From Cycas panzhihuaensis (lineage: Eukaryota; Plantae; Cycadophyta), in contig CM041465.1 in assembly GCA_023213395.1 (NCBI GenBank), positions 89,783,741-89,847,740 of the forward strand: DNA of 64,000 nucleotides, read 5' to 3'. Of this stretch, positions 56,708-64,000 are shown in pieces. The translations under genes were made by a program, and so were the position numbers. The notes under the pieces were generated by a model that was not told where the DNA came from, did not search any database, and saw only the letters and a list, made by a program, of their open reading frames with translations. Positions within the stretch are counted from its first letter, which is position 1; each line of letters starts with the position of its first letter.

Positions 56708-58040
56708 TTAGAGGAGATGACAATAGGATTATCATACTCTATTCCATTTGTCAAAACCCCTTTGTAGGTGTGAAAGAATAAGAGTAAGTCTCTACTTTAT
56801 CCTATTTGTGAAAATCCTTATGTGCACAAAAGGATAATGGTCATACTAGTCTTATAAAATCGAAACCTATGAAAACTTAAAATGGCATGGGAGATGACCA
56901 AATAGTATATGGAGACTCAGTAGATCAAGTTGTATATTTAAGCTTCTTGGCTATCAGGCTATATTAAGAGCCATCTTAATCATTTTAATTTAAGGGGCTA
57001 TAGATCTTTGAAAGTTCATAGGTTTTTATTCCCCGTGAGGGATTTTCCACAAAAGTGTCAATGTAATAATGAGGCTCAAATGAAGACCTCATAGAATAAA
57101 TTTTATTATAATGACCTTTTACCATTAAGGGGGGGATTAATGGATGTTAATGCATCAAGGTCATTAAATTAATTATATGAAGATGACTTTACATTAGCTA
57201 AGTCACATAGTTAAATGTAATTTCATTTACATTTAAGTGTAATTTTGGGACCATATTATTTAGCAAGAAATTCCTTTGGAAACCTTAATACACATCCTCT
57301 AATATATATGGTTGAATGTGAAAGGGAGAGTCATAATTCTTACCTCTCATTTTTGCTCTCAATCTTGTTCTTTCTATTTTTCTCTTATTATGTGCCATTG
57401 TTTTAGTATAGTGGATTATGGTAACTAGATCCTTCACCTAATACCATCCTCTAGATTATATCGCTAATTAATCACTGCGTTTACTAGTTCTATAAGAACC
57501 TACTTTAGATACATGATTATGTCAGCATTTATCAACATCATTCTAGGAACAAGTTAAACTACCTAACTAGACAATTAAGTTGAGTGCAAGAGTAGTGAGT
57601 CCCACCTCTTACTAAATGGCATTTAGTAGTAGCTTCTCTTCATGAAGCCTCTCTTCATGTTCACTAGTAAGCATTCTGCTTGAAGTGTCCAACATTGATC
57701 TCTTCAGTCCTTCTACTATCATTATTTGGCCTATCTAATCCTTTCACTAACGTCGCTTAGAATCTCAAACTTTGAGCTCTTTAAGATTATTGATGATCCT
57801 TAAAGCCTCCATAAATAGTCCCTTCAATATACTTGTTATCTTACTCAAAATAACTATACATCCATCATATAACTTACATGTACTAATAATAGATACATAA
57901 AACATAAGATGTGACTCATGAAATTTATAACATAACTCTCTTAAAAAATATTTTTCTATTTTAACTCAACAGTTCTCTGAAATATGAATTTTAAACTATA
58001 ACTAACTCCTTTGGTGGTAGTTGGCTGAGTTTACATCAGT

Positions 58041-58160
58041 ATTTATATCATCATTCAAATAATATAAGAAATCTGCATATTCAAGTATATATGTAAGCTT
58101 ATGCATGGACCTTTTTAATCCTACTTCAAAAATATTATATGTAATCCTAAGATCCTTATC
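58041..58160 (-). pseudogene. Short fragment resembling cleavage stimulation factor 77 kDa (HAT repeat region)
   Basis: Minus-strand DKDLRITYNIFEVGLKRSMHKLTYILEYADFLYYLNDDIN versus recalled plant CstF77 DKDPKVAHNIFE.GLK..M.EP.YILEYADFL.RLNDDRN. Confidence 0.75.
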
Positions 58161-58304
58161 TGATTATAAAGTGAATGAATTAAATTTCTCCATTATGAAA
58201 CTTTAAAATTTGATAAAACATATAGTCCATCATCAATCATGAACTAACTTTTAAGATTTATTCTTTACTCAAAACCTCACAATCCTTCATAGAATCAATC
58301 TCAA

Positions 58305-59480
58305 TAGTAGATTGAGCAATAATTAATTTTAAGATCTAATTTACAATTACAACAATACCTCCATATATGCCTCTTTATTTTGAAGGATAAATCTTATAAT
58401 TGACTGCCCAAGGAACTAGACCCATACCAGGGGAAAAAAAGGCTATATATAAAACCAATCTAAGAATCACAAGCCAACCATGACTACTTGGATAAACTCC
58501 AATGAACCAATGGCATAAGTGTTGAAGGTAGTAGTACTTGTTATATTTGTAATAAAGTAACTTCCAAGAAATGTCTAGTTTCTAATAGCTCTACAAAAGC
58601 CACACCCAACATTTAAGCAACCATTACAGCTCCAAAGAGATTGGTTACAATCAAGTAGTACTAAATAGGTATATTCTACTTTATCTAATGTTTGATGTAT
58701 TTCAATAGTGGAAATAACAAGTGAGATAAAAATGCCGAATAAACTGGATAGGACTAGGTGTTTTCTTAAACGTTGATCTATAAGATTTAGGCCAAGAATT
58801 AAGCTAAGAGCATTCATTCCTATAACTATTAAGGAGAGAAACAAAGTTGTTTTATTTGAAACAAAACTAACCAACTCCACAATAGTGGGACTATAATATA
58901 TTACAGTATTGATACTAGTAAACTATTGAAATGTTTGAAGACCAACTCTAGTAAGTAAAACAAGCCTTATTTCCTTACTTTTAAAGAAGTCAAAGTATTA
59001 TACTTTTTCTTTCGAGTCCCTTTGTTGAAATTCTTCTTCAATTGTAATAAAAAGTTGATCAATCTCACTGTTCAGATGATGTGGTTCATATATTTTTTTA
59101 AGAATTAGAATAGCTTTAACTTACCTTCATAAAGAGCCAATGTGGAGACTCTGGTAAAAAATAACATCAACATAAGTTGTAGTATAGTAGGCAAACTTAT
59201 TATACCAAGCATCCAATGCTATGACTCTAGTAACTTAGTAAATGCTAGATTTATAAGATAAGATAGAAATTGCCTACAAGTGATCATTAACACATTTGTA
59301 CTCACTAGTGCTCCTCTTGTTTTAGAAGGTGAAGCTTCTACAATGTAAACAAGAGTAGTGATTAATGCCACCCCAACATCTAACCCTACTAGAAGCCTAC
59401 CAAGAATCAAAATATATGGACCTAGTGTAACAGCCATGTAGATTGATCCAATTATTAAAATAACAACAACTAAAAGTTTC
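58305..59480 (-). pseudogene. Intronless, truncated inositol transporter (INT, MFS sugar porter) retrocopy
   Basis: ORF 59219-59437 ([36 protein letters not shown]) and ORF 58575-58880, plus ESPHWLFMK, FQ*FTSINTVIYYSPTIV and GGI..VN*I..LIIAQ, colinear with plant INT proteins. Confidence 0.9.
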
Positions 59481-59697
59481 TATTCCAATGACAAAGGAGT
59501 CACATATAATAGAAGTAGCTCTTTTATGTCACCGTAGAATACACCACCTTGGATGGAAATACCCATGGCCATAGCCTCGTCTAGATTAACACTTTACTCA
59601 ATTACTTACCAAATATCTCTAATACAACTTCTTGAACCTTTACTGAGATCCCTGCATCCTTCAAGCAACTCTTGTAAGGATTTCTCATTCACTCAAT
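59481..59697 (-). pseudogene. Mitochondrial-type HSP70 fragment
   Basis: IE*MRNPYKSCLKDAGISVK|[49 protein letters not shown], versus mtHSP70 ..CLKDAG..VQ.IV.EIFGK.PSKGVNPDEAVAMGAA.QGGIL.GDVKELLLLDVTPLSLGIET. Confidence 0.9.
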
Positions 59698-60689
59698 TGT
59701 TGGGAATAATCCCAATGTTTGTGCACTAGAGCGCTTAGGGCCCCTCAAAGCCACCTTTGAGGGCCCCTAGGGCACCTTGAACTGATTCGTGGCTTGGGAC
59801 CAACCACTCACGTGAGGTACGTATTCACAGATTATTTATTTTTATATTTTTCAAACTAACCTTAATTGTTGTGCGGCTAGGGTGATGGCGCCGACGCCTC
59901 CCGAATCTCTATTTAAGGGTTGGGAATACCTCCACGGTGTTTATTAACACCGCCACTCTTTCGAAATCGCCGTTGTACTCAAGATGAAAGTGTCGTGATG
60001 TCACCTCTGCTCCTCGGCTCCATCATTTGGTATCGAGCTAAGTTGAGCTAGGTTGTCTATTTTTCGATTTTAGTTGCTCAAACGTCCGTTGGAACATAGC
60101 TATATATTTGCTCGTTGAGATTAGCGAGCTCACCGATCTGGAGAAGACGGTTCTGGATTCCATCCACTGTGGAGGAAGATCTCCCGCTCGGAAGTCTGCT
60201 CTTCACACGGAAACCAGGTTCTTCGTTTCATTTTTTTAATTTTTATAAATATTTTGATATATGCTCTTTACTTTGTACTTTGATCTTCTGTACTGGATTA
60301 TTAGCTCTCCTCAGACTCATTGTCTATTTTTTATTTATCATTTGTCTCAGTTGTCTCTCCTTTGATTTGGCTTGTACTTTATACATTGTCTGTTTCGTTG
60401 ATCACCTTTGAGCACCCATTTCAGTTGCGCCCTTTGGCATTCGTTCTGCTTCTTTCATTGTGTCATTGTGTGTTTGCATGCCTTCACCCCGCTCCGTTCT
60501 TTTGCCTATCCTCAGCGAGCCTATTTCTACATACATATTCCGTATTATTCATTATTTGTGCTTGTTATTATATATTCGCGTTCCGTGTGATCTGCATCCC
60601 GTAGCCCTCGCGCCCTCGCACTGTGTCCCCGTCTGTCTCGCCCTGACCTGAGAAGGCCGTCTCCATCTCCGTCTCCCTTCTGCTCTCTG

Positions 60690-61200
60690 TCTCGCTCTGA
60701 GACGCCAAGCTCTGAGACGCCAAGGACCCTGTCTCCGGCCCCTTATCATTTATTGTGCGGCCCCTTATCATTTACTGCGTCTGCGCAGCCTCTTTTTAGT
60801 CCGGGCCGTTGGGTTCGCCCGTCTCTCTTCAGCCTGTGCGAGATCCGTCTGCTCTCTGGCCCCGTTGGGGACGTTCGGCGCGTCTGTTTGTGGGTTTCTC
60901 GTGGTCCCGCCGTTCGGCGCGCTGCGTCGCCCTCATTCGCCTTAGCGCCTTCGATTTGCATCCTTTTGCCCGCCCGTGTGGACGTTCGGCGCGCTGCGTC
61001 GCCCTAGCGTTGCTCATTGCGTCGTACTTGAAGTTTAGCGCCTTCGCCCGCCCGTGTGGACGTTTGGCGCGCTGCGTCGCCCTACCGCCCTTCCCGTTGC
61101 GTCATACTTGAAGTGCACCAGTTTGTGTACTACTCGTTTCATTTATTGCTCTTGCTTGAAGTGCAGCATTTTGTGTACTATTCGTTTCATTTATTGCTCT
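60690..61200 (+). repeat. Cluster of short direct repeats in the young Copia leader
   Basis: CTCTGAGACGCCAAG x2; GGCCCCTTATCATTTA x2; (CGCCCGTGTGGA)CGTTCGGCGCGCTGCGTCGCCCT x3 plus a partial copy; 48-bp CTTGAAGTGCA..TCGTTTCATTTATTGCTCTT x2. Confidence 0.9.
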
Positions 61201-62984
61201 TATTGTAGCTCTTATATTCTTGTATATTTCTGTCCGGTCATTGTATATCTTTACTCTATTTCAGTTATTGCATATATATTGGCACGTTGATTTACGTCAT
61301 TATTTGGCACTTTGTTGTTACAGTTTGAATAATTTTATATTTTTTGTTTTAAAACTTGACGAGCGAGTTCACCCTCCTGGCATCGGAGGTTTTCTGTTAT
61401 CTGAGTGGTCTCGGGTTCAATCCCAGCCCAGTTCAGTTTCAGACTGTTTTTTAAAGAAGTTTTCTCATTTTTAAACCTTATTTTTTTAAATTTTTACTTT
61501 TTCATAGGCTTATTGGCGCATTTTTTGCCATAACTTCCCCCTGGCTCATCGGTTTCAGACGAAACCTATGCCATCAGATCAGAAATTTTCCGTAAATCAA
61601 TTTCGACTGGTCATAAGACCAATTTGGTGCCCATTTGACCTCGTTTCACCCCTTTTAACATTGGACTTTCGAAATTTCAGCGTTTTTTGCATTTTTAATA
61701 AAATCGGTTTTAGAACTAGCTGCTATTTACTTTTGGTAAACTATTTTGTATCCAAATTTTTCTATAAGTAATCTACGTCATATAAACTCTAATACCCATC
61801 TTTTACTTTAATTTTTTGACTTCATTTTCACTAATATTTTAATCGTTAAAATAAGAAATTTAGTTGATTTTGCTGTTTCTTGAACATTCTCCATAAAGAT
61901 ACTTATCACTTTTTCACTATAACTTTTGCAATTTTTATCGATTTCATTTCCATCGAGTTCGTTGGGAAGTGACTCATTTCTCTTCACCGTGATATATTTT
62001 TTCATATATTTTGACATATTTTGCTTATATTTCAAATCGCCTAAAGGTGAGGTATTTTATTGGCCTAAATCGCTTCTTTTACACTGCTTAATATATTCTT
62101 TCAAAATTTTCAATTGGAAGAATATTAATTACTTCATCAATAATATTTGATCATTTGTTCAGCTTTTCTAAGGATTAATTAGTACTTTTATACAAGTTTT
62201 TGCCTACCCTGCTCCTGTTAGGCTCCATAAGGAGGTCCTTTCCTTTGGCTCATTCAAAACGTGACTTATTGGTATCCTTTTTCAAAACCGTCTATCTTAT
62301 TAGATTCACATTTCAGCAATCTACATATTGATAAAATTTTAAGCTATTCTGACCTCATTCAATATCGTTTTCAATCTGTTAAAGTTAAGTATATATATTC
62401 ATCCTAACAAGCTTGTCTTCCTTTCAAAAATTGTAAAGAAAATTCTAGTCCATATTTTCCTTGTTTACTTAAAGTTTTTTGCTTGATCTTTCTACAAGCA
62501 CTTTACATTATTTTGAACAAGTATTTATTTATAAGGCAATACATAAAAGTAGTTCTTAAAAGAAGTTTTTTTACATTGAAGATTTATTATTCATTTGAGA
62601 AATTGGCATCTGTTTGAAAACTATCTATTCTCAAAAAGTTTATTTTTAAATCTTGCATAAGTGAAAAGTTTTTTAGCATCATTACTTCCTTTTTTGATTA
62701 AAAGTGTATCAAAGTTCTTCTTTATTATTGGAAAATATCATCCTTCTTGCACTTATAAAAGAAAAATTGCATTTCTTTTCAAAGGCATCTTATATTTGTT
62801 TGAAGGACATTATATTTTTTTTTTTTAAAAAGCAAAAAGAGTTTTTGTACAAGTTTTCATTTCATCTTGCTTAGAGCATTTTTTTTCTATTATCAAAAGA
62901 ATTTTTCTCTTTCTAAGCAAGACCACATTGCTAAATAGATTAGTTTTCACATTAAATAAGATAAATCGAATTGAATCACACTTT

Positions 62985-63400
62985 TTCCGGCCTTGCAAGG
63001 GCAGTTAGGACCCACGAAGTTACCACCAAGACACGCTAATCGGCCTACTCATATTGGATGAGGACGACCATTAGCCATCAGTGTATACTGGCGGTGAGGT
63101 GCGAACCTTTCTTTTTATGGTGTTTGGAGACCAAGGCTAGACACGGAGAGGGTGAGTGCCTTTGGTTCGAGAACCTTCACCGCTAGATCCGTCGTTAGGC
63201 ATAAATCCGTAGCAGTGGACCAACAATTCGAGGGGTGTCAAAGCCTTCTTAGACCCCACGTCTTGAGGTATATAGAGCCTGGCGCCAAGACTGAGTATAA
63301 AGGGTCCCTGTTTTGCCATCCGTGGGCGCCATTGATGAATAAGAACCGAAGGTTTCAGGAGAAACATAAACTTAGAGCCTAGTAGCCTTTCTAGGTCCTA
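62985..63400 (+). ncRNA. Candidate large structured cis-acting RNA upstream of gag
   Basis: GC-rich island in AT-rich leader with many nested complementary segments (listed in findings) and a homologue at the same position in Copia-2. Confidence 0.65.
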
Positions 63401-63539
63401 GTTCATTTGTTCAAACTTTTGAAAACCTTGGGATATATATATTTGGAGATAATCTCTTTCATTTTAAGTTCTTTCAAATTTTCTACATTCAAATATTTTG
63501 CTATTGCATTTATCATATTTTATACAACCTTAATTTAAA

Positions 63540-64000
63540 ATGACATCTAGTTTTGGGAATATGATTATTCCTAAGTTTGATGGAAATAATTTTCTTAACT
63601 GGAGTAGGAGGATGAGGCCCATCCTCATAGCAAATGAAATGTGGGATATAGTGAGAAATGGTTACAATGACTTAGGATCAAATCCAATCTTGAAAAAGCT
63701 ACATACAAAGAAAATATCAAAAAGATAATGAAGCCTTAGCCCTTATCTTTTGCGCTTTGGAAGATCATGTTTTCCCAGCGTTAGTGAATCCATTAAGTCC
63801 AAAGAGGCTTGGGATACTTTACTGACTTATATCTGAAGGCGCGTCCTCTAAACTACAAAACTTAAGAAGTAAGTTTGAAAATTTACGTATGATGCCTCAT
63901 GAATCAATAAGCGAATTTATGACCAAGATTCAAGACATAGTTAACCAAATGAGGTCCCTTGGGGATACCTTAACCGAACAAAGAGTTGTTGAACGAATCC
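63540..64000 (+). CDS. Copia gag N-terminus, with several apparent 1-nt frameshifts
   Basis: MTSSFGNMIIPKFDGNNFLNWSRRM..MWDIVRNGY; shifted frames continue DNEALALIFCALEDHVFP, EAWD, and KLQNLRSKFENLRM..ESISEFMTKIQDIVNQMRSLGD. Confidence 0.85.

Larger units (their letters stand above)
49173..57443 (+). mobile_element. Family-B Ty1/Copia element B2 (apparently recombinant: flanks do not form a TSD)
   Basis: LTRs at 49173-49475 and 57138-57443; PBS at 49478; PPT AAGGGGGGGAT at 57127; colinear with B1; flanks CAAGA versus CCATC. Confidence 0.92.
59698..64000 (+). mobile_element. Young CpG-rich Ty1/Copia element, 5' part (LTR 59698-60025, PBS, 3.5 kb leader, gag)
   Basis: TGTTGG...CATCA LTR; TATTTAA at ~59910; PBS TGGTATC-GAGC at 60028; abrupt return of CpG dinucleotides; inserted in the HSP70 fragment (5' flank TCAAT). 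Confidence 0.9.

Noticed and set aside
58305-59480. Functional inositol transporter gene
   Set aside because: Multiple stops and frameshifts, both termini missing, and fused to unrelated fragments.
60028-60050. tRNA gene or 7SL 5' end (TCGAGCTAAGT)
   Set aside because: It is the iMet primer-binding site next to the LTR; no cloverleaf or SRP body follows.
60115-61474. Many overlapping ORFs on both strands
   Set aside because: Explained by GC-rich or stop-poor leader repeats; no recognisable domain.
63200-63280. Group I intron-like Q (AATCCGTAGC) and S (GTATATAG) words
   Set aside because: No convincing P7 pairing or correct P-Q-R-S order, and the Q-like word is not conserved in the Copia-2 homologue.
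63332-63365. Hammerhead-like TTGATGA...GAAAC
   Set aside because: The first core base is not C, stem II does not close next to the core (ATAAG versus CAGGA), and no stem I/III partner is evident.

Overview
AT-rich plant nuclear DNA with no intact host gene, made almost entirely of nested, heavily deaminated retroelements. Most stop codons arise from C>T or G>A changes (CAA>TAA, TGG>TAG), and many LTR termini read TA instead of TG. The element lineages and decay pattern suggest a large, heavily methylated gymnosperm-like genome (inference). Contents: (1) a Ty3/Gypsy Tat element with a second RNase H placed 3' of integrase and a probable antisense plant-mobile-domain ORF; (2) at least seven Ty1/Copia elements, two with paired LTRs and target-site duplications (TSDs) and one young CpG-rich copy running off the right edge; (3) a chromovirus remnant, an L1 LINE remnant, four solo LTRs of one family each with a TSD, and a MITE; (4) intronless host-gene fragments (ATM-type ABC transporter, mitochondrial HSP70, inositol transporter, CstF77). 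Best leads: (a) a large self-complementary ~330-450 nt non-coding domain just upstream of gag, conserved among divergent Copia families with multi-kb leaders, a candidate IRES/packaging/catalytic RNA; (b) a chain of fused mRNA fragments that TSD reconstruction links to a polypurine tract (PPT) and LTR, i.e. a multi-gene cargo LTR element; (c) a CCATC TSD spanning 31 kb that reveals a rearrangement; (d) inverted repeats enclosing the PPT in five unrelated LTR families; (e) an extra LINE-type RNase H in a Copia leader. All alignments, translations and base pairings were done by eye. Boundaries without a TSD are approximate.
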